Shown: positions 19,187-26,237 of the stretch, in pieces
How the letters are laid out: each line of letters begins with the position of its first letter
Numbering within the stretch: position 1 is the stretch's first letter
Source: a virus
IMG/VR virus record: IMGVR_UViG_3300045988_150584
Reading direction: 5' to 3' (one strand)
Length of the DNA: 64,000 nucleotides
The notes under the pieces: model-generated
Databases searched by the model: none
The model's input: only the letters and a program-made list of their open reading frames with translations
Told to the model about the DNA's origin: nothing
Position numbers and translations under genes: made by a program

Positions 19187-19200
19187 AACAGCTCGCACTT
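19187..19200. repeat. Third copy of the palindrome arm core (aacagctcgcactt) downstream of the integrase gene
   Basis: Matches the left arm at 17430 in 13 of 14 positions, and matches the reverse complement of the right arm in 13 of 14. Confidence 0.45.
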
Positions 19201-19286
19201 TAGCTTACAAATTATTATATTGAGCTTATTATACCAGCGCGAAATGGTGTCATAATCTGAGTACAATAACAAATGCGTAAAAAATA

Positions 19287-19310
19287 GGGTACAGAAATAA
19301 ATCTGTACCC
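19287..19310. terminator. Hairpin gggtacag-N8-ctgtaccc with a T-run on the - strand side
   Basis: 8-bp stem. On the - strand it is followed by TATTTTTT. It is a likely terminator for - strand read-through from the lysis operon. Confidence 0.5.
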
Positions 19311-19313
19311 TTA

Positions 19314-19342
19314 TTGAAAAGAAACCATCTCCATGATATATT
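19314..19342 (+). promoter_or_regulatory. Sigma-A-like promoter TTGAAA-17 nt-TATATT with TG extension
   Basis: TTGAAA at 19314-19319, TG at 19334-19335 and TATATT at 19337-19342. Confidence 0.5.
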
Positions 19343-19348
19343 TATATG

Positions 19349-19486
19349 CGGATAGCCTGAGCGCTTTCATAACAGAATCCTTCCACCTCACGTATGGGAA
19401 TAACGGTTCATCTACCCGAACCCGTCTGTTACAGCAGACAGAGCGCCTTGTGCGCAGGGTAGTAACTACGGAAGGAGGAAACTGCT
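19349..19486 (+). ncRNA. Structured 5' leader with an SD-sequestering helix (unclassified cis-regulatory RNA candidate)
   Basis: tccttcc (19378-19384) pairs with ggaagga (19470-19476), which overlaps the SD. Inside, ctaccc (19412-19417) pairs with gggtag (19457-19462) and closes two small hairpins (gtctg/cagac and gcgc/gcgc). Confidence 0.35.
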
Positions 19487-19561
19487 ATGGCGAAAGTCAA
19501 AGTAGAAGTGAAAGTAGCGGTCAAAAAGACTGTGAAGCGTCGCGTCATCGTCCGTCGATGA
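19487..19561 (+). CDS. 24-codon micro-ORF MAKVKVEVKVAVKKTVKRRVIVRR
   Basis: ATG follows GGAAGGAGG. The unit is bracketed by the promoter-like element and a terminator. Coding status is unproven. Confidence 0.35.
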   Translation: MAKVKVEVKVAVKKTVKRRVIVRR

Positions 19562-19619
19562 GCGGTGTAGCTCAGGCTATTCATATTAAATTATCTGAAA
19601 ATGTATTTGATTATTTGTA

Positions 19620-19655
19620 GGGTGCAGAGCAAATCTGCACCCTTGTTTTGTTTCC
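19620..19655 (+). terminator. Rho-independent terminator (gggtgcag-N7-ctgcaccc + TTGTTTTGTTT)
   Basis: 8-bp GC-rich stem followed by a T-rich tract on the + strand. Confidence 0.65.
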
Positions 19656-19708
19656 TCGTTTGAAGAAACTTCACCAGAATGACTCTGGGCAATCTTGCCG
19701 ATCTAAAA

Positions 19709-20272
19709 TCACTTTCTGCTGTGCATCAGCTCAGCAATTCCACTTGTATCATCCATCTCGATAATGCCAAGCAAATTCATTTCTGGTTGCACAACACTGT
19801 GCATATAACCGTTGCCATTCATGTTCTCATAGTCTGCGAAACACTCCCAGAATGTTTCTGACTCCATACGAGTCCACTCTTGACGCGGGTTATGCTCCTT
19901 GCTCGTGTAATAACGATAATTTTGGAGCAGTCTGTCGCGTAGTTTATTACGCTCTCTACGCTGGGAATTCTCTTCCATCTGCAATAAGCGGCAGGTGTGT
20001 TCATCCTGCGCCTTACGCAGCTCTTGGATTTCACTTTCCAGCTTTTCTTGAATCTTAATGCTTTGTTGACGATATTCGGGGTACTTACGCACAGCTTCAA
20101 GTGCCTCTTTCAGCTCTTTGTCCTTTTCTTTCTCGGCTTCGTATTTCTTAATAAGATAATCTCTGATCTTCTTATAAGTCATACCAAGGAAAACGGCTGC
20201 AAGAGCAACGGTAATCACATTGGAAACCGTAATGTTCCCGAAAGTCTTTAGAAACTCTTCGAGTCCAGTCAT
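19709..20272 (-). CDS. Membrane-anchored coiled-coil protein (last gene of the lysis-side operon)
   Basis: RBS GGAGG. N-terminal TM segment VITVALAAVFLGM, then a charged coiled coil. Confidence 0.6.
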   Translation of the reverse strand: MTGLEEFLKTFGNITVSNVITVALAAVFLGMTYKKIRDYLIKKYEAEKEKDKELKEALEAVRKYPEYRQQSIKIQEKLESEIQELRKAQDEHTCRLLQMEENSQRRERNKLRDRLLQNYRYYTSKEHNPRQEWTRMESETFWECFADYENMNGNGYMHSVVQPEMNLLGIIEMDDTSGIAELMHSRK

Positions 20273-20300
20273 AAAGTACCTCCAATCTGCTCAAACCTAA

Positions 20301-20615
20301 TTAAGCTTTTGGGGCATTTACGACCTTGCTCATATTGCACAGACTATCAATCAAATCACTAATTGCATCCATGTCAATATCGTAGTCGATGGTATCAGCA
20401 GATGCCTTTACCATTGCAAGCACCCACTCCTTACGCTCAGCGCCAGTCTCAAACTTAGTCTCTGCGGTCTGCATAAGGTTCATTACCATATTCAGCACCT
20501 TAGACCAGTTCTTTTCTCGGATTGCTTTCTGAACATATTTTACCAACTCAACTACAAGAGGAATTGCGGCAGCTAAACCGGCCAGAGCAGAAACAAGAAT
20601 CTTTACCCATTCCAT
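20301..20615 (-). CDS. Holin (LL-H-family-like)
   Basis: AGGAGG RBS. N-terminal TM segment ILVSALAGLAAAIPLVV followed by a charged tail. About 100 aa and adjacent to the endolysin. Confidence 0.6.
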   Translation of the reverse strand: MEWVKILVSALAGLAAAIPLVVELVKYVQKAIREKNWSKVLNMVMNLMQTAETKFETGAERKEWVLAMVKASADTIDYDIDMDAISDLIDSLCNMSKVVNAPKA

Positions 20616-20642
20616 ATTGCGTGTCCTCCTAACAAATAAAAA

Positions 20643-20672
20643 AATAACAGTAGCCGGCAGACTACTGTTATT
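20643..20672 (-). terminator. Strong hairpin (11-bp stem) with flanking A/T runs between two lysis-cassette genes
   Basis: aataacagtag-N8-ctactgttatt. On the - strand it is followed by TTTTTTTATTTG, immediately before the holin RBS. Confidence 0.65.
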
Positions 20673-20680
20673 TTCTCAAA

Positions 20681-21040
20681 TTAAATAGCTGGACTTTCCC
20701 AGCTCGATCCGTCATCATTTACTGCGTCAGACATTGCCATTGCAAATTTGATGCCGTCTCCATTTCCACCAACATTTTCAGCTTCGCTTTTATGAACGAT
20801 TTTACTTAGCACAATGCTACAAGCTGTACCAATCGGCGTAAACACCACCGTCCAGCACATCAGAGCGCCAGTATATCCGGTTCTAATGCTTTCGTTGGCA
20901 AGATAAAAGCCGCCAGCCAAGCCAGCAGCCAAAAACAAAAGTATGTAAATCGCAAGCCGATTGCTAAAGCCAAGCGAAACAAGATGCTGGATAAGACCTT
21001 TCTTTTTCTTGCGACGCTTCACTTTACGCTTAACAGCCAT
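20681..21040 (-). CDS. Small membrane protein (holin/antiholin-like, at least 2 TM)
   Basis: TAATG coupling to the endolysin gene. Basic N-terminus, then two or more hydrophobic helices. Confidence 0.55.
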   Translation of the reverse strand: MAVKRKVKRRKKKKGLIQHLVSLGFSNRLAIYILLFLAAGLAGGFYLANESIRTGYTGALMCWTVVFTPIGTACSIVLSKIVHKSEAENVGGNGDGIKFAMAMSDAVNDDGSSWESPAI

Positions 21041-22380
21041 TACGCTTTACCCATCAATTTTGCAAAACGATAGAATAGCGCTGCGGCCTGCTCTCTCGTA
21101 AGCTGATCTGCCCAAGCATAATTCGGCTCTCCATTTGCATTGTTTCCAGTACCACCAATGAGACCGTTTGCGATTGCCCACTCACGAGCGTCCTTACTCC
21201 AAGTACCACAATCGTTGTCCTGAAGCTCTGCACGATACTCTTTCATCAACTCTTTGAATCTATCCAAAGTCATATCTTCATCCTCCTGTTCTACACTTTC
21301 ACCAACAAGCGACCAATCTGGTCTACCGTACCCACAAATATATGTAGCGGTAAGATTATAGGATTTGGCTCTTACGCATCCACCATTAGGAACAACGCCA
21401 GAAGCGCTTGATGTATTTCCCTCAATCGTATAGACTTTGCCATTTCCAACAGCAATAACAAGTCCGGTGTGATAAGATGTTGCTCCGCCATCGTTAGTGA
21501 AGAAAATCTGATCGCCGGCCTGAGGATTGCTTTTATGGAACTGCCCCTTTTGCTTATAATACTGAACAGAATAGGTACATCCAGCTCCAGCACCGCCATA
21601 TGGCTGACACAGCAGCTTCATAGCAAGATCTACTCCAAATGTCTTGATAAAACACCAGTCAACAAAAACATCACACCAAGCATAGCCGTTCTTTTTGCCA
21701 TTGTAAATGTTCCCGATGTTATCCAAATCACGGGCGTACTTTGTCCAGTTGTTGCTACCGGCATTTGCAGTTTTACTATCAAGCTGGGCATTCGTTGCCT
21801 TTTCCAAATAGCCCTCTTCTGCCTTTGCCGTCGCAATAAGTCTTTCAATCGCAGTCAAACTACCAACTCCTTCCTTTGTCGTACTCTGCGCAAACTTGTC
21901 ATAATAAGCTTGTCCATAGCTTGCACGTTTGTTTTGAACGGCTTCGCTTTGGTTAGCAGGTCGTTCATACTGTAATAGCACAGCGTTAGATGCTTCAAAA
22001 ACGGACGTCGCAGACTGCAGCGTTTTCCACACAGTAGGATATCCGGAAAGCTCCTTGCAGAGAAATTCAAGCTGCATGTCCAAATCACCGATTGATTTTC
22101 CGACGCTTCGTGCGTAATTCAATAGGTTTTGCTTTCGACTCCAATATGTCCATTGGGCAAGCCCATAACCGGCAGCATCCTTGACAAAGTTTGTATAGCT
22201 GCCATTATCAACGGCTTGCGTATAGCTTTGATCTGTAAAATTAAGCTTCTTCTCATATGAGTTTTGAAGATTGATAGGGCTTAATCCAGACTCGGCGTAT
22301 AGATTTCCCATCAGCCCAGATACACCAAAATCAGTAAAACCTTTTGACTTTAAGAATTTCCAGATTTTTTCTTCATTCAT
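21040..22380 (-). CDS. Multidomain endolysin (phage lysozyme-like N-domain + CHAP + SLH-like C-terminal motif)
   Basis: N-terminus GVSGLMGNLYAESGL..GYGLAQWTYWSR is phage tail lysozyme-like. The centre has CHAP-like Cys/His motifs (YAWCDVFV ... YHTGLVIAV). The C-terminus W..DAREWAIANGLIGG...LTREQAAALFYRF is SLH-like. Confidence 0.8.
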   Translation of the reverse strand: MNEEKIWKFLKSKGFTDFGVSGLMGNLYAESGLSPINLQNSYEKKLNFTDQSYTQAVDNGSYTNFVKDAAGYGLAQWTYWSRKQNLLNYARSVGKSIGDLDMQLEFLCKELSGYPTVWKTLQSATSVFEASNAVLLQYERPANQSEAVQNKRASYGQAYYDKFAQSTTKEGVGSLTAIERLIATAKAEEGYLEKATNAQLDSKTANAGSNNWTKYARDLDNIGNIYNGKKNGYAWCDVFVDWCFIKTFGVDLAMKLLCQPYGGAGAGCTYSVQYYKQKGQFHKSNPQAGDQIFFTNDGGATSYHTGLVIAVGNGKVYTIEGNTSSASGVVPNGGCVRAKSYNLTATYICGYGRPDWSLVGESVEQEDEDMTLDRFKELMKEYRAELQDNDCGTWSKDAREWAIANGLIGGTGNNANGEPNYAWADQLTREQAAALFYRFAKLMGKA

Positions 22381-22394
22381 TTATATCACCGCCC

Positions 22395-22820
22395 TTAAAC
22401 CAGCATATAATGCGGCTTCTCTTCTCCGAAAAACCAATATCGAAAATAATCGTCAAGTATAATAGCCACGACAGACAACCCAACCCAAGCAAAGAAAAAC
22501 GGCAAGCAAATTTGCCCCATCAAATTAAGCGGTAGATTTGAATAGTCCCACACATTTAATCCAAGCCAAACATTCACAATTAAGCCTGTAATAAATTCAA
22601 GAGTGGTTACAAGTACACCGCCAATTAAAGCCTGCCATACAATACCAAGTTCCCACGGAAACAGTTCGTTGATTAAACCGATAGAAACAAAACACATACC
22701 GCCAAGAATAAACATGGAAATATGACTATGACCGCGCCAAAGTAGTTCGATCAAAACATAGGCAGCACCGCCAATAACAAACAGTGCTGCCAGTTTGAAA
22801 AATGTCTTCAGATTACGCAT
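22395..22820 (-). CDS. Polytopic membrane protein (PF06541/DUF1113-like)
   Basis: About four TM helices. The ELLWRGHSHISMFILGG motif resembles the 'ABC-transporter type IV' family common in Clostridia. Confidence 0.5.
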   Translation of the reverse strand: MRNLKTFFKLAALFVIGGAAYVLIELLWRGHSHISMFILGGMCFVSIGLINELFPWELGIVWQALIGGVLVTTLEFITGLIVNVWLGLNVWDYSNLPLNLMGQICLPFFFAWVGLSVVAIILDDYFRYWFFGEEKPHYMLV

Positions 22821-23412
22821 TTGCCGCGCTGCTCAGACGAGCAATAATTGCTTGCATTTGTTCATTTGCAACAGCAAGCTTCTCATTCATTTCGGTATTA
22901 TACGGATCTGGCAAAGTCATTCCATATACAATTGATGTGACAGCTTCAACACTATCCAAAGATTGTACATAGGCTTTCAGTTCATTGTGATATGTTGTCT
23001 GTGTCGTAATAAGCGTTTGCGCAGCAATGTAAATCGTTGCGATTTCCGACGCTGTATAGATACGGCAAACGCCACCATCAGCCTGATACGGGAATTCAGT
23101 TCCACCAAGCTCTACAACGCGGAACAAGTTTGCGATATTTGCCTGATCTTCCGTACTCAGATTAAAATGAACTGTTTCGCCATTGAGAGTAAGATCAACG
23201 CCGTTTACAATAGTTTCGTTGCAAGCAATCGAAATCTCCTTCAACTTTGCCGCACGGACAATTGGTAAAGTATCTTCACCGCCAATGATTTCAACAGCAT
23301 CGTCAAGTGTGATCCAGCCGTTCGCAACTGCTTTAAGCAAGCCGTTCGCACTAATGCAAGGCGTAATGCCAGCCTGCCCATTCTGGTATAGTTCTCTAAG
23401 CTTCTCTTTCAT
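22813..23412 (-). CDS. Hypothetical protein (DUF4376-like, tail-fibre associated)
   Basis: GGAGGG RBS. The AAKLKEISIACNETIVNGVDL..F.LSTEDQANI pattern resembles DUF4376. Confidence 0.4.
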   Translation of the reverse strand: MKEKLRELYQNGQAGITPCISANGLLKAVANGWITLDDAVEIIGGEDTLPIVRAAKLKEISIACNETIVNGVDLTLNGETVHFNLSTEDQANIANLFRVVELGGTEFPYQADGGVCRIYTASEIATIYIAAQTLITTQTTYHNELKAYVQSLDSVEAVTSIVYGMTLPDPYNTEMNEKLAVANEQMQAIIARLSSAANA

Positions 23413-23414
23413 TG

Positions 23415-23687
23415 TTATCCCTCCAAAATCGTTTGAATCATTTCATTGATTGCGGACTGTTGATGGGATACAGCAGTCCCGCCGTCAATCTCTGATACAA
23501 TAACGGTTTCTGCATTCTGGATTTCATCATGACCAATCAAACCATAGGTTGTTCCATCAAACACAACGCCAGTTGCATTCTCTTTCTTGGCAATGGCAAA
23601 ATCGCCGCTGCTACCAATCTTCACATATGTAACAGTCTCGACCATACCAAGTTCTTTTCCATCTGAAACTTTAACAATACGATACAT
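23415..23687 (-). CDS. Hypothetical protein
   Basis: AAGGAGGG RBS. 90 aa. Confidence 0.55.
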   Translation of the reverse strand: MYRIVKVSDGKELGMVETVTYVKIGSSGDFAIAKKENATGVVFDGTTYGLIGHDEIQNAETVIVSEIDGGTAVSHQQSAINEMIQTILEG

Positions 23688-24089
23688 TTATTTGCCCTCC
23701 TTTACTCCAATCAGATTTGCAATATACCGTAGTACATCAATATCGGCATTATAAAAATCATGATTCCAAAGCCATGTATCGTCGCACTCTTGGCGACGGT
23801 ATCTTTGACAAATGGAATCGTCTGCTACCTTTTCACAACGCTCATCGTGCTTCGTATCTTTTTTCTCAAGCGCCGTCTGGATACTGCTTGTGAGTTTACC
23901 TCTGAGCATTCCATTACCATCGTCATTTCTGGCAAAAAACTGGTGTGCATTTCTGGAAAATACACTGCAAATTTGCTTGCCATTGTAATAAATAACATTA
24001 CCGACAGACTCGCATTCGCTCATAGCTGGAATATTCACACTATCGCAAACAGAAGTGTGTCTAAATCTTCTATGTACAATGTACTGCAT
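23688..24089 (-). CDS. Hypothetical Cys-rich protein overlapping the 3' end of the RT gene
   Basis: GGAGAG RBS lies inside the RT gene. There is a 20-nt overlap with the RT stop (24070). Confidence 0.55.
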   Translation of the reverse strand: MQYIVHRRFRHTSVCDSVNIPAMSECESVGNVIYYNGKQICSVFSRNAHQFFARNDDGNGMLRGKLTSSIQTALEKKDTKHDERCEKVADDSICQRYRRQECDDTWLWNHDFYNADIDVLRYIANLIGVKEGK

Positions 24090-25251
24090 CTTTTAATCTC
24101 TCCATTGCTCTGAAATTTTCTATGTTTTCTGCTGAAAAGCCATAGATAGCATAAAAGAGCCGCCGCAACCTCAACACTCGTTGATGATTTTGATAGCTCT
24201 CTAAATACGCAAGCATCCCATTTACAGAAGTCCATAAATCCTCGTAGGACATTTCGCCATTTTGCACTTTCTCATAGAATGCTTTGATTTTGTGTCTGGT
24301 ACGCTTGAAACTTCCTCGATTACCAGTCTCAATAACACGACCGCTTTCCGTCAAGGTATATTTCGCCTTACAATAACGAAACGGCTTGGAGAGCGGGACA
24401 ATTCTGGATTTTTCTTTACTGATGGTCAGATCCAGTTCTGACGCTTTTTGAACAATGAGACGCATGATCTCCTTTGGATCTTGATTTGGAGGAACTATAA
24501 TATAGTAGTCATCCATATAATGACCAGCGCATTTAATAGAGAGCTGGCATTTAATGTAGTTATCAAGCGGAGATGGGAAAGCAATCATTTCAGCCTGACT
24601 CGGCTCAACTCCAAGTGGCATACCTTTATCACCGGTGCTTGATGCAACAATATCATCACCAAGCTTGCACAAATCATAATCATGAATCAGCTTGTTATGA
24701 CGGGCGTAGATAACACGGTGCGATGCACTTGGAAAGAATTGTTTGTAGTCTAAAAGAATTATGCTTCCATTTCTCCCATAGCGCTTAAAATGATAATGCA
24801 AATCCTCGCGCAAAAGTCTTTTAGAGAAATGAAAACCTTTGCCTGGGAGACTTGCTCCGTTATTCCAAATCATATCTGGCAGATATAAAGGCAAAAGGAC
24901 TTTCTTTGTATAAACCTTGTGTATCTGTCTATCTTGAATGCGAGGTGCGTCAATTGGTCTTGTTTTACCGCGCTCAGAGATAACGAAATGGACATATGGG
25001 CATGGTTTCCACATTTTATCCAGTATTAGTTTTCTCCGTCGCGCCGTGCCGGAAAACAAGTGCATTTCAAATCTTTGTGCGCTGTTCTTCCAACGCACAC
25101 CATTACAGCATTGCTTTCCTGCCTTGTATAAGTCGCCGTAGGAAAATACATCTGACATCGTTCCTACAGCAAGACTTCGTTCTTGTTTCTTGCGCCATCT
25201 CTCGGCTTTCCGTCGTTGGAATCTTGCCTCATGACGCTCTTTGCTTGTCAT
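24070..25251 (-). CDS. DGR reverse transcriptase
   Basis: Motifs FVISERGKTRPIDAP, LLDYKQFFPSASH, LGVEPSQ ([LIV]GxxxSQ, typical of DGR RTs) and the catalytic HYMDDYYII. Confidence 0.9.
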   Translation of the reverse strand: MTSKERHEARFQRRKAERWRKKQERSLAVGTMSDVFSYGDLYKAGKQCCNGVRWKNSAQRFEMHLFSGTARRRKLILDKMWKPCPYVHFVISERGKTRPIDAPRIQDRQIHKVYTKKVLLPLYLPDMIWNNGASLPGKGFHFSKRLLREDLHYHFKRYGRNGSIILLDYKQFFPSASHRVIYARHNKLIHDYDLCKLGDDIVASSTGDKGMPLGVEPSQAEMIAFPSPLDNYIKCQLSIKCAGHYMDDYYIIVPPNQDPKEIMRLIVQKASELDLTISKEKSRIVPLSKPFRYCKAKYTLTESGRVIETGNRGSFKRTRHKIKAFYEKVQNGEMSYEDLWTSVNGMLAYLESYQNHQRVLRLRRLFYAIYGFSAENIENFRAMERLKDAVHCT

Positions 25252-25483
25252 AAATAGTTATTCGCCTTTCGTACAGTTGTAATATAGAGTGCGCCTAAAC
25301 TGCTTTGCCTTGACACATGAAATAGGATTAAGCACAATATCCTCCCACCATGCAAGAAGCGTCCGTGCAAAAGCATCAAAAGAGCGGTTTTGGGTTTTAT
25401 CCACGGGAAACATTTCTCCTTTCGCAAAGGTCTCCTTCATCCTCAAAAGGACTACCGTATTTGACCATACCTAAAAGGGTTGC

Positions 25484-25609
25484 GAAATCGGGGGCGAGGC
25501 CATTGGAATTCCTGGCGTTGTTGTTGTTCGCGTTGCCGTTCGTGTTCACATTGCAGAAGTTGTTGCTGTTGTTGTAGTACGGAGAACGCTCCCACCAATT
25601 CGCAGTGGA
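25484..25609 (-). repeat. DGR template repeat (TR)
   Basis: Non-coding copy of 26247-26372. On the - strand it is rich in AAC (notional translation NNSNNFCNVNTNGNANNNNARNSNG). The GC-rich 3' end is GGCCTCGCCCCCG. Confidence 0.9.
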
Positions 25610-25702
25610 CAGCGGGAATCCCCAAAGCCGACAGGTTTTACAGAAATGCACCCAATTTTTATGATCTGGTAAGCAAAGCCCAATTTTCGTTGGTAGATAT
25701 AA

Positions 25703-26158
25703 TTAGCGGTCTTTGTCGCTCTTTAATGTATTTGTCAAAAGACCGTTTTCGGAATCAATCAGCTCACCAAGCGATTGCGCCATATTTTCAAGAATTTCTT
25801 TTGCTCTTGCTGGCTTAACTGGATTTCCATTTGATGTTGTAAAGCATCCCTCCGGATTCAGCATCATAATGTCATAGCAATGAGATAGCTCAACATCCAA
25901 AGCCATCAATGCAGCTCTTGATTCTAAAAGGTGCTGCTTGCGCAACTCCTTTCTGGTATGATCCGATGGAAAGATACTGTTTGCCTTTTCTGCATTCACG
26001 AGAACTTCTGACGCAAGATGTGATACATCGTTAGCCATCAGTCTTGAAAATCTTGCAGAAAGTCGAGATAAGAAGTTAATCGTTTCCACATAAATCTTGT
26101 TTGCAGTATTCACAAACTCAGCTTTGCTTTCAGATCTATGTGCTTTTAATACCGACAT
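25703..26158 (-). CDS. avd: Accessory variability determinant (Avd-like helical bundle protein)
   Basis: 151-aa, predicted helical ORF between the target gene and TR. AAGGAG RBS. Position and size are typical of Avd. Confidence 0.65.
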   Translation of the reverse strand: MSVLKAHRSESKAEFVNTANKIYVETINFLSRLSARFSRLMANDVSHLASEVLVNAEKANSIFPSDHTRKELRKQHLLESRAALMALDVELSHCYDIMMLNPEGCFTTSNGNPVKPARAKEILENMAQSLGELIDSENGLLTNTLKSDKDR

Positions 26159-26198
26159 AAATAGAACTCCTTTTTATATTTTGAAAAACAAAAAGAAA

Positions 26199-26220
26199 CC
26201 CGCCCTCTTTCGAGGGCAGG
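26199..26220 (-). other. GC-rich hairpin with GAAA loop about 30 nt 3' of VR (DGR target-recognition hairpin and/or terminator)
   Basis: The - strand reads CCTGCCCTC-GAAA-GAGGGCGGG followed by TTTCTTTTTGTTTTT. Confidence 0.6.
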
Positions 26221-26237
26221 ATTCTCTTGATATGGGA

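Noticed and set aside
19333-19620. 95-aa + strand ORF spanning the integrase-lysis junction
   Set aside because: It has no RBS and an implausible composition. The interval is better explained by the promoter, structured leader, 24-codon micro-ORF (in a different frame) and terminator.
25397-25651. 84-aa ORF on the - strand with an Asn-rich stretch that repeats the ANWWERSPYY motif
   Set aside because: It is the notional translation of the DGR template repeat and its flanks. It has no RBS, and it sits exactly where a non-coding TR is expected.
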